Made by a program: the position numbers and the translations under genes. A stretch of 64,000 bases of DNA from Glutamicibacter sp. (GTDB lineage: Bacteria > Actinomycetota > Actinomycetes > Actinomycetales > Micrococcaceae), in the NCBI RefSeq assembly GCF_032154645.1, contig NZ_JALDXV010000015.1, forward strand, positions 5,742 to 69,741, given 5' to 3'. The notes under the pieces are model-generated. The model was not told where the DNA came from and searched no databases. It saw only the letters and a program-made list of their open reading frames with translations. Shown here piece by piece: positions 20,294 to 33,129 of the stretch; the first letter of the stretch is position 1, and each line of letters begins with the position of its first letter.

Positions 20294-21096
20294 GCCTTGG
20301 GCTTGTCGATGGCACCGCCGTAGCGGCGGTCGCGCTGTGCATATTCCTGCACCGCAGTAAATAGGGTGCGGCGGTCGACATCCGGCCACAACTGGTCGAG
20401 GAAAACCATCTCCGCATAGGCCGACTGCCACAAAAGGAAGTTGCTGGTGCGCTGTTCGCCGCTGGTGCGCAGGAAGAGATCGACATCCGGCAATTCGGGC
20501 GCATGCAGATACTTGCCGATGGTTTTCTCCCCCACCGCCGATGCCCGAAGCTTACCCGCCGCCACATCCTTCGCGATGGCCGCCACAGCGTCGCCCAATT
20601 CAGCACGCCCGCCGTAGTTGACGCACATGGTCAACTGGCAGCCCAGATTGTCTTGGGTCAGCTCTTCGGCATCGCGCAGTTCGTTGATCACGGACTTCCA
20701 CAACTTAGGCTCGCGTCCCGACCAGCGGATGCGTACACCCCACGAATTCAGGGTGTCGCGCTGGCGGCGCAGCACATCGCGGGAGAAGCCCATCAGGAAG
20801 CGCACTTCCTCGGGGCTGCGCTTCCAGTTCTCGGTGGAGAAGGCATAGACCGAAACGTATTTAATGCCCAATTGCACGGCGCCTGCCATGACGTCGAGCA
20901 GGGCTGCTTCGCCTGCACGGTGGCCCTCGGTGCGCGGCAGGCCGCGCTGATTTGCCCAGCGGCCGTTGCCGTCCATGACGATCGCTACATGTTCGGGAAT
21001 GAGCTCCTTGGGTATCTGCGGCACCGCGGGATTTGCGGGATGGGCGAAGGGTGCCGCGGGGCCTGCCTTGCCGGTGATTTTGGGAAGCTTCTTCAT
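20290..21096 (-). CDS. uppS: Isoprenyl (undecaprenyl/decaprenyl) diphosphate synthase, cis-prenyltransferase
   Basis: [23 protein letters not shown] and [15 protein letters not shown] motifs. ATG 21096 overlaps the recO stop (ATGA). The longest ORF (363 aa) has an implausible Pro/Gly/Arg-rich extension. Confidence 0.92.
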   Translation of the reverse strand: MKKLPKITGKAGPAAPFAHPANPAVPQIPKELIPEHVAIVMDGNGRWANQRGLPRTEGHRAGEAALLDVMAGAVQLGIKYVSVYAFSTENWKRSPEEVRFLMGFSRDVLRRQRDTLNSWGVRIRWSGREPKLWKSVINELRDAEELTQDNLGCQLTMCVNYGGRAELGDAVAAIAKDVAAGKLRASAVGEKTIGKYLHAPELPDVDLFLRTSGEQRTSNFLLWQSAYAEMVFLDQLWPDVDRRTLFTAVQEYAQRDRRYGGAIDKPKA

Positions 21097-21842
21097 GTTC
21101 TCTCCACATGGCGTAGGGACTTCACGGCACGCTCCAGGTGCCATTGCAAATAGTTGGCGACGATGCCCGCCGCCTGGTCTCGGGCGCGGGGTCCGGCCTG
21201 GGCGACGGTGTCCCAGTCCCCCTCCAGCAGCGCCTGCAGGTACTGGATGGTCACCGGGTGCGGCGAGAGCGAACCCGAGGGCCTGCACTGGGCACACACC
21301 ACGCCACCCAACTGGACGTTCAGTGCCGTGTGAGGCCCCGCCGCACCGCAGCGCACACAGTCTGTAAAGGACGGGGCCCAACCAGCGACCGCCAGGGCCC
21401 GCAGAATATAGGAATCAAGCACCGCACCGGGAACCACCGAGTGCTTGGAGAGCAGTGCGATGGCCCCGTGTAGCAACCGGTACTGGCGTGCGGTTGAATC
21501 CGAGTCTGCTTCCAGGAGCTTTTCGGCAATTTCAACCATGGCGTTCGCCACCGTGTAGCTTGGGTAGTCCATGACCAGCAGCTGGCCGTAGGCGTGCCGC
21601 AATTGTGCCTGAGAAACGATGTCGAGGTTTCGCCCCATCACCAGTTGGGCGTCGACTTCCATGAACGGCTCCAGTGTCGCTCCCAGACGAGATGAGGTGC
21701 GCCGCACCCCCTTGGCCACCGCGCGCACAATCCCGTTCGGGGTAAGCAGGGTGATGATGCGGTCGGCTTCCCCCAGCTTATGGGTACGCAGAACTATGCC
21801 GCGGGTGCGGTAGCTCTTGGAAGCGAAGCCTGATCTGGACAC
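21093..21842 (-). CDS. recO: DNA repair protein RecO
   Basis: OB-fold N-terminus ([23 protein letters not shown]) and a C-terminal zinc motif (CVRCG...CAQC). GTG 21842 follows SD gggaga. Confidence 0.9.
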   Translation of the reverse strand: MSRSGFASKSYRTRGIVLRTHKLGEADRIITLLTPNGIVRAVAKGVRRTSSRLGATLEPFMEVDAQLVMGRNLDIVSQAQLRHAYGQLLVMDYPSYTVANAMVEIAEKLLEADSDSTARQYRLLHGAIALLSKHSVVPGAVLDSYILRALAVAGWAPSFTDCVRCGAAGPHTALNVQLGGVVCAQCRPSGSLSPHPVTIQYLQALLEGDWDTVAQAGPRARDQAAGIVANYLQWHLERAVKSLRHVERT

Positions 21843-21937
21843 GAGGTTAATTCTCCCACTGAACCGCCGCAGGGACGAACAACGCCACGGCCGGCACGGT
21901 GGTGCCGGACGTGGCGTTGGATAATGTTCGGGCGTGG

Positions 21938-23692
<1,755 letters not shown>

Positions 23693-23918
23693 CTAGACAA
23701 GAATGAGTGCGTAGTTGGGGGCCAGACAAGAGCTACTCCGCGGCGAGGGGTCGGCCGATGGACCACTAGCGGTCCGTTGGATCCTCGCAGCGGCTAAGTA
23801 GTAGTAGAAGCTCGAAATGCACGTTTTGAGCATAACACCGGGTTTTGTGCCCCCGGCAACATATTGCGTGTTTGTGTCACATTGTGGACACGCGGCCCCT
23901 GGTGCGGCTCCAGTATGC

Positions 23919-23967
23919 GAAGGGGCGGGTGGCCGGGGACGAAGATTCCCCGGGCACCCGCCCCTTC
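23919..23967 (-). terminator. Stem-loop downstream of era
   Basis: gaaggggcgggtg / cacccgccccttc, a 13-bp stem enclosing a nested ccgggg/ccccgg hairpin, 35 nt past the era stop. Confidence 0.7.
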
Positions 23968-24001
23968 AGCCACGTCGTTGACGGCGCGGTTGATAATATT
24001 T

Positions 24002-24964
24002 TTAGAAGCCCAGGCGGCCCAGCTGCTTGGGATCGCGCTGCCAGTCCTTGGCCACCTTGACGTGCAGGTCCAAGTACACCTTGGTGCCCAGCAGCTTTTC
24101 AATGCCCTTGCGGGCGTTGGAACCCACCTCGCGCAGGCGTGATCCGCCGCGGCCGATCACGATGGCCTTCTGGCTCGGGCGCTCAACATACAGCGAGACG
24201 TGGATATCTACCAGCGGGTTGTTTTCGCTGCGGCCCTCGCGCGGCTGCATTTCCTCGACGACCACCGCCAGCGAGTGCGGCAGCTCGTCGCGCACGCCCT
24301 CCAGCGCAGCTTCGCGCACCAGCTCGGCGACCATCTTGGCCTCTGGCTCGTCGGTCAACTCGCCATCTGGATACAGCGGAGGACCCACCGGAAGCTGCTC
24401 GACCAGTACGTCGGCCACCTCCTTGACCTGGAACTCCTTGACCGCGGAGACCGGGACGATCGCGGCGAAGCCGTTCGGCCCGAAGTTCTGGCTGCCCAGT
24501 TCGGTCACGGCGATCAACTGCTGCGCCAGCTGCTCGCGGTCCACCAAATCGGCCTTGGTCACCAGGGCGACGATCGGCTTGCGCTGCAGCTGGGCCAGCT
24601 GGGTGGCGATGAAGCGGTCTCCGGGACCGATCTTCTCATTGGCGGGGATGCAGAAGCCGATGGCGTCGACCTCTGAGAGGGTTTCGGCCACCAGGTCGTT
24701 CAGCCGCTGCCCCAGCAGGGTGCGCGGGCGGTGCAGCCCCGGGGTGTCCACGAGCACCAGCTGCGCATCCTCGCGGTGCACGATGCCGCGGATGGTGTGG
24801 CGGGTGGTCTGCGGCTTCGCCGAGGTGATTGCCACCTTCTGTCCTACCAGGGCATTGGTCAGCGTCGACTTGCCCGCATTCGGGCGGCCTACGAAGGAGG
24901 TGAAGCCGGAGCGGAAGCCCTCTGGCCATCCGCTGGAGGCCAGCAGGTTGTGGTTGTCACTCAT
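24002..24964 (-). CDS. era: GTPase Era
   Basis: G1 motif GRPNAGKST, DTPG, TKAD, and a C-terminal KH domain. ATG 24964 overlaps the upstream gene's stop by 8 nt. Confidence 0.95.
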   Translation of the reverse strand: MSDNHNLLASSGWPEGFRSGFTSFVGRPNAGKSTLTNALVGQKVAITSAKPQTTRHTIRGIVHREDAQLVLVDTPGLHRPRTLLGQRLNDLVAETLSEVDAIGFCIPANEKIGPGDRFIATQLAQLQRKPIVALVTKADLVDREQLAQQLIAVTELGSQNFGPNGFAAIVPVSAVKEFQVKEVADVLVEQLPVGPPLYPDGELTDEPEAKMVAELVREAALEGVRDELPHSLAVVVEEMQPREGRSENNPLVDIHVSLYVERPSQKAIVIGRGGSRLREVGSNARKGIEKLLGTKVYLDLHVKVAKDWQRDPKQLGRLGF

Positions 24965-26243
24965 CTGAGGAATCCTCATCGTTCTCTATATGGTCGGAAG
25001 CGTTCTTTTCGCAACGCTCTACATGGATTTTGCCGATGCGGTTGCGCCGCCCTGCCAGGGCGACGACGGTCAGGCGCAGACCGAAGACATCGGCGGTGGA
25101 ACCGAGCACGGGCACGGATTCCAACGCCTTGGAGAGCAGGCCGCCGACGGTGTCGACGTCCTCCTCATCGATGAGCACATCGAAGTGATCTGCCACATCG
25201 TCGATTGAGGCGCTTGCCACGGCAGTTAGCGAACCGTCGGGGTTCTCAACCAGCTCGGTTTTGCTGCGGTCGTATTCATCGTCGATCTCGCCGACGATCT
25301 CCTCGATCAAGTCCTCCAGGGTCACCAGGCCCGCGGTGCCGCCGTATTCGTCGACGACGACAGCCAGGTGGATCGATTCCTGCTGCAGCTCCTGCAGTAG
25401 CTCGGCGGCCGACTTGGACTCGGGGACGAAGCGTACCTGACGCGCGAGCTGCGCAAGATCAGCTGCCTGCTGCAGCCCGTGGATCTCGTTGATCAGGTCC
25501 TTGAGGTAGATGATGCCGCGGATGTCGTCGGAGTCTTCGCCGATCAGCGGGATCCGGGAATACCCGGAGGCCATGAACAGATCAAGTGCGCTGTGGAAGG
25601 TGTGGTCGGAATCCAGCACCACCATGTCGGTGCGCGGCACCATGACGGCGCGTACGTTGGTTTCCTCCAGGTCGATGACCCCGGAGATCAGCTCCGCCGA
25701 TTCTTCGTCCAGGTCCTCGCCCTCGCTGGCTCGGTCCACCAGGTCGCGCAGGCGCTCCTTGCCGAGGTAGCCGTCTTCGTCGCTGCCGCCGGGGCTCAGC
25801 GCGGCGGCGATGGATGCAAGCCAATTGGCCAGCGGGCCCAAAGCGATGCGCAGCAGGCGTACCAGTGGTGCGGTGGATTCAACCACTCGCTGCGCGTTGG
25901 AGCGGCCGAAGCGGCGCGGTGAGACGCTGACCAGGACGAATCCCAGGCCGGCCATGAGCACGGTGGAGATCAGCCCGGTCAGCCAGATGTTCTGAACCCA
26001 GCGCGAAACCAGCAGGGCAACTGCCACCGCTGAGGCGGTTTCAAACCAGATGCGCCAAAACTTAATTGCCTGAGCATGCGAATCCGGGTCGTCCAGGATG
26101 TTGCTCAGCGATTTGGAGTCGGAGTCATTGCGCAGCCGCTCGGCGGCGTGCCGCGACAGAGCGTAGAAGGCTGAGTCTGCGGCCGTGAGCACCGCGGCAC
26201 AGGCGATGAAGACGACGGCAAGAATCAGCAGAAGTATCCCCAC
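24957..26243 (-). CDS. CNNM/DUF21-CBS pair-CorC_HlyC family membrane protein ('hemolysin family protein')
   Basis: An N-terminal 4-TM DUF21 domain, tandem CBS domains and a C-terminal CorC/HlyC domain. It sits in the conserved position between ybeY and era. Confidence 0.9.
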   Translation of the reverse strand: MGILLLILAVVFIACAAVLTAADSAFYALSRHAAERLRNDSDSKSLSNILDDPDSHAQAIKFWRIWFETASAVAVALLVSRWVQNIWLTGLISTVLMAGLGFVLVSVSPRRFGRSNAQRVVESTAPLVRLLRIALGPLANWLASIAAALSPGGSDEDGYLGKERLRDLVDRASEGEDLDEESAELISGVIDLEETNVRAVMVPRTDMVVLDSDHTFHSALDLFMASGYSRIPLIGEDSDDIRGIIYLKDLINEIHGLQQAADLAQLARQVRFVPESKSAAELLQELQQESIHLAVVVDEYGGTAGLVTLEDLIEEIVGEIDDEYDRSKTELVENPDGSLTAVASASIDDVADHFDVLIDEEDVDTVGGLLSKALESVPVLGSTADVFGLRLTVVALAGRRNRIGKIHVERCEKNASDHIENDEDSSDE

Positions 26244-26247
26244 GGTG

Positions 26248-26721
26248 TTATTCCACCGTTTCCTTGGGCGCCGGGCGTCCGGTGTAGGACTCCAGCAGCC
26301 TGCGCTGCAGGGAGAACATCTCTTCCTTCTGATCTGGTTCCATGTGATCGAAGCCCATCAGGTGAAGCAGGCCATGCGTGGTCAGCAGCAGGATCTCATC
26401 GTGGGTGCTGTGTCCACCGGCCTTGGCCTGCGCTTCGGCTACGGTAGGGCAGATTACGATGTCGCCCAGGATGCCGTTCTGCCCGGGGGCGGATTCACTG
26501 CCGGGGCGCAGTTCGTCCATGGGGAAGCTCATGACATCGGTGGGGCCCTCGAGCTCCATCCATTCCACGTGCAGGGCGCTCATTGCATCCTCGTCGATGA
26601 AAACGATCGACACCTCGGTTTCCGGGTGCAGGAACATCGCGCTCATGACCGATTCGGCCAGCTTGTTCACGTCCTGCAGGTCGACGTCGAATTCTGTTTC
26701 GTTATTTACTTCAATGCTCAT
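26248..26721 (-). CDS. ybeY: rRNA maturation endoribonuclease YbeY
   Basis: HGLLHLMGFDH zinc motif. The N-terminus MSIEVNNE matches the usual YbeY start. An alternative GTG at 26733 would overlap the phoH stop (GTGA). Confidence 0.93.
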   Translation of the reverse strand: MSIEVNNETEFDVDLQDVNKLAESVMSAMFLHPETEVSIVFIDEDAMSALHVEWMELEGPTDVMSFPMDELRPGSESAPGQNGILGDIVICPTVAEAQAKAGGHSTHDEILLLTTHGLLHLMGFDHMEPDQKEEMFSLQRRLLESYTGRPAPKETVE

Positions 26722-26729
26722 GTGGGTGC

Positions 26730-27758
26730 TCACTTGTTGCGTCGTGGCCGTTGGTGGTCTTTGCGCCGGGTATCGTCCCAGCGGTCGTAGGCGGAGACGA
26801 TGTCCGCGATTAGTCGGTGGCGCACCACATCGCTGGCATCGAGACGGCGGATGGCGATGTCATCGATGTTATCGAGCACCTCGCTGGCCATGCGCAGCCC
26901 GGAGGTGGTGTTGCCCGGAAGGTCGACCTGGGTGATATCACCGGTGATGACCATCTTTGAGCCGAATCCCAGGCGGGTGAGGAACATCTTCATCTGCTCG
27001 CTGGTGGTATTTTGCGCTTCGTCAAGGATCACGAATGCGTCGTTGAGCGTACGTCCTCGCATATAGGCCAGCGGTGCGACCTCGATGGTCCCCGCCTCCA
27101 GCAGGCGCGGAATAGAATCCGGGTCAACCATGTCGTGCAGGGCGTCGTAGAGCGGCCGCAGGTAGGGGTCGATCTTTTCGGACAGGGAGCCGGGAAGGAA
27201 GCCCAGCTTCTCCCCTGCTTCCACCGCCGGACGCGTCAAGATGATGCGGTTGACCTGCTTGTCCTGAAGCGCCGCGACAGCCATCGCCATGGCCAGGAAG
27301 GTCTTGCCGGTGCCCGCGGGACCGATGCCGAAGGTGATTGTGTTGTCTTCGATGGCATCGACATAGGACTTCTGGTTGACGGTCTTCGGCCTGATTGAGC
27401 GCCCGCGTCCGGAGAGGATTTTCAACCCCAGGACGTCGGTGGGAGCATCCGGATTTCCGGCGCTGAGCATCTTGATGATCTGCTCGATGGTTTCAGCGCT
27501 CATTCGCGAACCGCGAACTGCCAGTGCCCTTGCTTCTTCGCATACCCGCTGGGCCTTGCGCACCTGCAGCGGATTGCCGACAAGGGTGAGGCTCGACCCG
27601 TTGGGGCGGAACTGCACCTCGGGGTAGGCTCCCGTGAGAATTCTCAGGAGTTCATCGTTGGGGCCCAAAGTGGCGATCATCAACTCTGGCGTATCGAAGG
27701 AAATGGTCAGCGTGGCCGCCCCGGATTCGGTCGGCTGCTGGTGTTGTTCAACCTGCAT
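26730..27758 (-). CDS. phoH: PhoH-family ATPase
   Basis: Walker A GPAGTGKT and DEAQN. The start is set at ATG 27758; the longest ORF adds 42 poorly protein-like residues. Confidence 0.92.
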   Translation of the reverse strand: MQVEQHQQPTESGAATLTISFDTPELMIATLGPNDELLRILTGAYPEVQFRPNGSSLTLVGNPLQVRKAQRVCEEARALAVRGSRMSAETIEQIIKMLSAGNPDAPTDVLGLKILSGRGRSIRPKTVNQKSYVDAIEDNTITFGIGPAGTGKTFLAMAMAVAALQDKQVNRIILTRPAVEAGEKLGFLPGSLSEKIDPYLRPLYDALHDMVDPDSIPRLLEAGTIEVAPLAYMRGRTLNDAFVILDEAQNTTSEQMKMFLTRLGFGSKMVITGDITQVDLPGNTTSGLRMASEVLDNIDDIAIRRLDASDVVRHRLIADIVSAYDRWDDTRRKDHQRPRRNK

Positions 27759-28060
27759 GCAGTGCTTCGTGCCCCTTTGAGCTTGATGAAATGAAAAGCT
27801 TGTAGTTTCTAGTCTAACGAGTGCATTTGCACTGGCGCGAGGTGTGGCGCTTAGCCCTGCGCTGAAAAGAGAAAACGTCGGCATTTCACGCGACTGAGTG
27901 CGCCGATGCCAAAGATATAGATTTGGTTACGGATTGGTAAGTTAGCCCAAATTCGGTCCGAATCTACAAGTTGATGTGTCAGGCTATATGAGCGTCCTGA
28001 ACCAGCAATGGCCAACAGGGCGATTTTCGAGCTTTAACGTACTCATCGGATTGGTATCAA

Positions 28061-28987
28061 GTGCAGCATTGGTTTACACGTCGTGTTCCGCGTCGAATCG
28101 CGGCTACGTGTGCCATTCTCGGTATTGGTCTTGCCGCCGGTTGCGGGTTGACCAACGGCGATGATAGTTATGAAATGCCGACGGGAACATCTGCCTCCTC
28201 AACCTATGTTCCGCCCGCCAGTGATTCCGTGGAACGTGCCGGTGCCGGACAAAGCATGCCCGTCTATTGGCTGGATAATACTGATTCAGGCGTGTACCTC
28301 TATCGGGAGTATGCGCAGGATACCCGCCATCAGGAGCCGATCAGCGACGCCATTGCCTACCTGCTGGCCGGCAAGCCAGCCGATCCCACGTGGTACACGC
28401 ACCTGAAGTCCAGCGAAGACATCGGCGCTTCGATCGACAATTCAAATCTGATCACCCTGGACCTGCCTGCCAAGGTCTTCAGCGCACGCCTTGACCGCGG
28501 ACTGTCCGAACGCTCCGTTCAGCAGCTGGTGTTTACCGCCACTGCCGCCGCCGCGAACTCTGGAATTCTTGTTGGAAGCACCCCTGCCAGCGTCCGCATT
28601 CTCGTCGATGGTCAACCCAATGCCGTAGTTTTCGGTGACTACACGCTGCAAGATTCCTACCAGCGCGATGCTTCGTTTATGGCGCCCCTGTGGATCATTG
28701 ACCCGCAGTTCGGCTCCACCGTCGACGCCGGGGCGGTTAGAATCCATGGCCGCACGTCAGATTTCACCGAGGGAACTTACTATTCCTTGGAGTCAAAGAA
28801 CGCCAACGGTGCGAGCAAGTCTGTTGCGGGTCCGACGCGGCTTAATCCCAAGTCAGTAGAGTCCGACGGTTCTTTCATCATGACGAAACGACTGAATCCA
28901 GGGAAGTACACCCTGACGTTTTGGGGCGAAAATAACGACGGCAAGGAAAAGATCGGGCTGGTCACTTCCGAATTCACCGTCAACTAG
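28061..28987 (+). CDS. Secreted lipoprotein-like protein with a GerMN-type domain and a C-terminal Ig-like domain
   Basis: Signal peptide with a lipobox-like GLAAGC. VYWLDNTDSGVYLYREY...AIAYLLAG resembles GerMN / LpqB-type domains. The C-terminal beta-rich ~100 aa looks Ig-like. Confidence 0.6.
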   Translation: MQHWFTRRVPRRIAATCAILGIGLAAGCGLTNGDDSYEMPTGTSASSTYVPPASDSVERAGAGQSMPVYWLDNTDSGVYLYREYAQDTRHQEPISDAIAYLLAGKPADPTWYTHLKSSEDIGASIDNSNLITLDLPAKVFSARLDRGLSERSVQQLVFTATAAAANSGILVGSTPASVRILVDGQPNAVVFGDYTLQDSYQRDASFMAPLWIIDPQFGSTVDAGAVRIHGRTSDFTEGTYYSLESKNANGASKSVAGPTRLNPKSVESDGSFIMTKRLNPGKYTLTFWGENNDGKEKIGLVTSEFTVN

Positions 28988-29009
28988 TCCGTCGGGCTAA
29001 AAATACCGC

Positions 29010-29049
29010 AAACGCCGATGGCGCCGCTTGAACGGCGCCATCGGCGTTT
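29010..29049. terminator. Bidirectional terminator between the lipoprotein gene and rsmE
   Basis: aaacgccgatggcgccg / cggcgccatcggcgttt, a 17-bp perfect stem with a 6-nt loop, flanked by A/T runs. Confidence 0.85.
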
Positions 29050-29069
29050 ATTTAGTAGTTCGTCACCAA

Positions 29070-29843
29070 CTACAGGTCTCCTGCGATGTGCCTGACCAAG
29101 ACGAGGGCCGACGGACCCGCCGTCGAGGCTCGAAGGACATGTCGTCCCAGAAGGCCAAGCTTGGCCCCGGCTTGCTCGAAGGCGGCAAGTTCGGCATCGC
29201 TGATCCCTCCCTCGGGGCCTACGATCAGGACCACGCCGGTGCGTTCTGGCGCGTCGGCAATCCAGGCGGAGCAGACCGAAGCCACCGATTCCTTAGCTTG
29301 CTCATGCAATACCAGCACCAGGTCGCCCGAATCTGTATGTTCCTGGATCTTCTGCGCCAGCGCCTTGCTGCCCATCGGGTCCAAAACGTCCGGTTCATAG
29401 CTTCGACGTGACTGCTTCTGCGCCGAACGCACCAGCGAACGCCACTTGGCCATGGCCTTCTCGACTTTGCCAGCGTTCCAGCGCACGATCGAACGGTCCG
29501 CCTGCCACGGGCGGACCGACCACACGCCGAGTTCCACCGCTGATTCCACAGCCTGTAAATCGCGGTCGCCCTTTGACAACGCCTGAATCAAGGTTGTCGG
29601 ATGCGCGGGCGGCGGTTCTTCAACGCGTTCGATGACGCGCACCGACAGCAACTGATTTGATGCGCCGAGCACCTCAACGATGAGCCGCAGGCCGCGTCCG
29701 TCCAGCAGATCCAGATGCTCGCCGACCTGGGTTCGTTTCACCGCCACCGCATGGTGGGCTTCCGGACCGGTCAGCTCCAGCACATCGCCTACCCGTGCCG
29801 ATTCCGCCTGCTGCGGGTCGATCACAAAACTGTGGTTGCTCAT
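29070..29843 (-). CDS. rsmE: 16S rRNA (uracil1498-N3)-methyltransferase
   Basis: 257 aa with the C-terminal SPOUT motif GPEGGISDAE. It starts 2 nt downstream of dnaJ. Confidence 0.9.
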   Translation of the reverse strand: MSNHSFVIDPQQAESARVGDVLELTGPEAHHAVAVKRTQVGEHLDLLDGRGLRLIVEVLGASNQLLSVRVIERVEEPPPAHPTTLIQALSKGDRDLQAVESAVELGVWSVRPWQADRSIVRWNAGKVEKAMAKWRSLVRSAQKQSRRSYEPDVLDPMGSKALAQKIQEHTDSGDLVLVLHEQAKESVASVCSAWIADAPERTGVVLIVGPEGGISDAELAAFEQAGAKLGLLGRHVLRASTAGPSALVLVRHIAGDL

Positions 29844-29845
29844 TC

Positions 29846-30964
29846 TTAGCGCTGATTCAACTTATCGCGCAGGCGCGAGAACATCCCGCCGGAATGCTCC
29901 ACTCGTCCCGAGGTCATTTCTTCCCCGCGCAGCTTTGCCAGTTGTTCCAACAGATCGCGCTGGGCGGCATCGATCTTGGTTGGGGTTTCCACCTGCAGGT
30001 GCACGATGATGTCTCCGCGCTTCCCGCCGCGAAGGCGCGGCACGCCCAGGCCCGGCAGGGTGATGGTGTCCCCGTCCTGGGCCCCGGAAACAACATTCAA
30101 TGACTGCTCGCCATCGAAAGTCTCAAGCTTGAGCTCGCAGCCCAGCGCCGCCGCCGTCATCGGGATGGTCATCTTCGCGTGCAGGTCGTTCTGGGTGCGC
30201 TCGAAGACCTTGTGGCGGCGGACGTCAACCTCGACGAACAGGTTGCCGTTCGGACCGCCACCCGGGCCTGCTTCACCCTGTCCGCGCAACTGGATGCGGG
30301 TTCCGGAGTCAACGCCTGCAGGAACGTTCAGCGACTTTGAGACGTGCTCTCGCACGCGTCCCTCGCCATTGCACTCTAGGCAGGGATCCGGGATCGTGGT
30401 GCCGTACCCGCGGCAGGCGGCACAGGTTTCCACGGTCATCATCTGGCCCAGGAACGATCGGACCGGACGCTGCACCTGGCCGGCGCCATGGCAGATGGTG
30501 CAGGTGACGACGCTGGTGCCTTCGCGCACGCAGGTGCCGTTGCAGGTCTTGCAGACCACCGCAGTTTCCATTTCCAGGGGGTAGACGGTGCCCTTGACCG
30601 CGTCTTCCAGGTCGATGGTGATGGTAATCAGTGCATCGCGGCCCGGCTGGGTGCGGGACATCGGCCCCTGTGCCTGACCGCCGCCGAAGAACTGCTCGAA
30701 GATATCGCCGAATCCGCCGAATCCGCCCCCGCCGAAGCCCGGCTGTCCGTTGCCGTTTTCATCACCGGTAGCGTCGTAGTTCGCGCGCTTCTTCTCATCG
30801 GAAAGCACCTCATAGGCGCGGGTTACGAGCTTGAACTGTTCGGCAGCTTCCTCGCTCGGGTTCACATCCGGGTGAAGCTTGCGGGCCAACTTGCGGTAGG
30901 CGCTCTTAATTTCCTGTGGGGTCGCGTCCTTGGCGACACCCAGCGTCTCGTAATGCGAGCTCAC
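29846..30964 (-). CDS. dnaJ: Molecular chaperone DnaJ
   Basis: J-domain (HPD), a G/F-rich region and four CxxCxGxG zinc-finger repeats. Confidence 0.96.
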   Translation of the reverse strand: MSSHYETLGVAKDATPQEIKSAYRKLARKLHPDVNPSEEAAEQFKLVTRAYEVLSDEKKRANYDATGDENGNGQPGFGGGGFGGFGDIFEQFFGGGQAQGPMSRTQPGRDALITITIDLEDAVKGTVYPLEMETAVVCKTCNGTCVREGTSVVTCTICHGAGQVQRPVRSFLGQMMTVETCAACRGYGTTIPDPCLECNGEGRVREHVSKSLNVPAGVDSGTRIQLRGQGEAGPGGGPNGNLFVEVDVRRHKVFERTQNDLHAKMTIPMTAAALGCELKLETFDGEQSLNVVSGAQDGDTITLPGLGVPRLRGGKRGDIIVHLQVETPTKIDAAQRDLLEQLAKLRGEEMTSGRVEHSGGMFSRLRDKLNQR

Positions 30965-31029
30965 GATATTCGCCGTGTCCTTTCCTAAAAAACTTTTCAG
31001 TTCAAAACTTGTTATTGCACTTTGCGAAG

Positions 31030-32043
31030 CTAGTTCGCCAAAATCTTGGATAGGTACCGCGCTACCGCACGGACCGAGGCCATGGAGGTCGGGTAGTTCA
31101 TGCGCGTCGGGCCCAGCACCCCGAGCTTGCTGCGTTGATCATTGCTGTAGGTAGTTGCGATGACCGCAGCATCCGACAGCTGCCCGTAGTGGTGCTCGGT
31201 GCCGATTGCCACCGACATGCCGTGGGCATCTGCCTCCAGTTCGGAGAAGAGCTTGAGCAGCACGACCTGTTCCTCCAACGCCTCCAGCACCGGGGTGATG
31301 CTCAGGGGGAAATCTCCCTCGACACGGGCCAGATTTGCGGTGCCCGCCATCACGATGCGCTGCACATTTGCCGCTTGGGCCATCTCTTCCAGGCCTTTGA
31401 GGACGCCAGCCACAAGTGCGTCATCGCGCTGTTCCGGGATCAGCCCCTCACCGCTCAGCGGGCCGACGAGCTCAGCCAACTGCCGGCCGCCGAAGGAGTT
31501 CAGCAGCCATTGTTTGAGACCGTTGAGCTCTTCGTCGGCGTAGAGCCGGGTCACAGACAGCATGCGCTGGTCGACGGTGCCGTTGGAGGCGATCATCACC
31601 ATCAGCACCTGGCTACTGCCCAGACCTACCAGATCGAGGTTCTTCAATGAGGCGGTGTCATAGTGCGGAACCTGGATCATTGCCACCTGGTTCGTGAGCC
31701 GAGCCAGCAGCCGCACCGTGCTGTTGAGCATCTCGTCGAGATCTTGGGAGCTATCGAGGATCTTGTTGATGGCATCGCGTTCGGCACGGGACAGCGGCTT
31801 AAGCTCCCCGATTTCATCAACGAAGCGGCGATATCCTTTTTCGGTAGGGACCCGTCCGGATGAGGTGTGCGGGGCTGCGATCAAGCCTTCTTCTTCCAAC
31901 AACGCCATGTCATTACGGATAGTAGCCGCGCTGACGCCCAAGTTGTGGCGGTCAAGCAGCGCCTTGGAGCCTACTGGCTCCCGGGATTGCACGTAGTCCT
32001 CCACGATGGCGCGCAGCACATCGAGACGACGCAATTCGCTCAC
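31030..32043 (-). CDS. hrcA: Heat-inducible transcriptional repressor HrcA
   Basis: N-terminal winged HTH ([20 protein letters not shown]). GTG 32043 lies 8 nt after SD gggagg. A CIRCE element lies upstream. Confidence 0.94.
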   Translation of the reverse strand: MSELRRLDVLRAIVEDYVQSREPVGSKALLDRHNLGVSAATIRNDMALLEEEGLIAAPHTSSGRVPTEKGYRRFVDEIGELKPLSRAERDAINKILDSSQDLDEMLNSTVRLLARLTNQVAMIQVPHYDTASLKNLDLVGLGSSQVLMVMIASNGTVDQRMLSVTRLYADEELNGLKQWLLNSFGGRQLAELVGPLSGEGLIPEQRDDALVAGVLKGLEEMAQAANVQRIVMAGTANLARVEGDFPLSITPVLEALEEQVVLLKLFSELEADAHGMSVAIGTEHHYGQLSDAAVIATTYSNDQRSKLGVLGPTRMNYPTSMASVRAVARYLSKILAN

Positions 32044-32075
32044 GTAAAACACCTCCCGGGACGTTTGGCCAAGAA

Positions 32076-32102
32076 TTGGCACTCCAACCTGTCAAGTGCC
32101 AA
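32076..32102. promoter_or_regulatory. CIRCE operator (HrcA binding site)
   Basis: TTGGCACTC-N9-AAGTGCCAA, compared with the consensus TTAGCACTC-N9-GAGTGCTAA. It lies 33 nt upstream of the hrcA start. Confidence 0.75.
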
Positions 32103-32169
32103 GTCTAGTACGTCAAGCTGTTGCTAGCATGGGATTTCGAGCGTATTCGATCACAGCGAAAGGCAGTCC

Positions 32170-33039
32170 GTGTCTAATTACTCTTGGGGACCGCAGGACC
32201 TTAGTGCTCCAGCACCGAAAAAACTTCGTCAGGTCCCTGTAGAACGCGGCATGATCCTTGAAGATGCGACTTCGGGATGGGTCGGTGAAGTGGTGCGCAC
32301 CGAAAAGTCTGGCGGGATGCGCGTCATAGTTCTCGAAGACCGTCACAATCGAACCAGATCCTTTCAGGCTGGCTTCGGCTTTCTGCTCGAAGGCGAACCA
32401 GTCGAAATTGTTGAACCTGTGGCCAAGAGCCAGCCAGCTCAACCACTGATCTCCGCATCGGGTTCGCGCGCGGTCACCGGGCACAAGGCGCGCACAGCCC
32501 GTGCCAGCCGCATCTGGGTCGAAGGCAAGCACGACGCCGAACTGGTGGAAAAAGTCTGGGGCCATGACCTTAGGGTGGAAGGCATCGTGGTCGAGCCGCT
32601 GCACGGCGTGGACGACCTCGCCGGGGCAATTAGGGAATTCTCGCCCTCTCCCACCAGAAGGCTGGGCATCCTCGTAGACCACCTGGTGACCGGGACCAAG
32701 GAAGAACGCATCGTCCAGGCTGCCATGAAGGTTCCCGGGGCCGCAGGCAACGTCTTGATCCTCGGCCACCCCTATGTGGATGTGTGGCAGGCTATCAAGC
32801 CCGAAACCCTGGGAATTAAAGCCTGGCCGCTCATCCCCCGTGGAATGGACTGGAAGACCGGAATTCTTCGAGCCTTCGGCTGGCCCCATGAAACCGCCGA
32901 AGACATTGGGCTGGGATGGCAGCGCATCCTATCGACGGTTCAGCACTATGGGCAGTTAGAACCGCAACTCTTAGGAAAAGTTGAGGAATTGATCGACTTT
33001 TTAACCACTGAAGATTACGGTTTCCTAACAATTGACTAA
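32170..33039 (+). CDS. DUF3097-family protein
   Basis: 289 aa, soluble. The N-terminal segment (GMILEDATSGWVGEVV...GFLLEGEPVEIV) resembles actinobacterial DUF3097. GTG start after SD gaaagg. It is divergent from hrcA. Confidence 0.7.
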   Translation: MSNYSWGPQDLSAPAPKKLRQVPVERGMILEDATSGWVGEVVRTEKSGGMRVIVLEDRHNRTRSFQAGFGFLLEGEPVEIVEPVAKSQPAQPLISASGSRAVTGHKARTARASRIWVEGKHDAELVEKVWGHDLRVEGIVVEPLHGVDDLAGAIREFSPSPTRRLGILVDHLVTGTKEERIVQAAMKVPGAAGNVLILGHPYVDVWQAIKPETLGIKAWPLIPRGMDWKTGILRAFGWPHETAEDIGLGWQRILSTVQHYGQLEPQLLGKVEELIDFLTTEDYGFLTID

Positions 33040-33129
33040 GATTTGGACTTTTTGAGCGCCGATGCATAGGTCGCCGTTGGATGCTGGATATTATTGGACT
33101 AAGCCGCACTGCAAGACAAGGATTATCCC

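Noticed and set aside
21097-21381. N-terminal extensions of the longest ORFs for uppS (to 21381), recO (to 22052), comEC (to 41289), phoH (to 27884), pyrD (to 19291), leuS (to 45365) and the HNH gene (from 46036).
   Set aside because: The extensions overlap neighbouring genes or are Pro/Arg/Gly-rich. Internal starts give canonical N-termini, SD sequences or ATGA/GTGA coupling with the upstream gene.
32113-32889. 258-aa minus-strand ORF opposite the DUF3097 gene.
   Set aside because: Its product is Gly/Pro/His/Arg/Phe-rich. It would start inside the + strand gene, run through the hrcA promoter and end beside the CIRCE element. The + strand ORF has an SD, balanced composition and family-like motifs.
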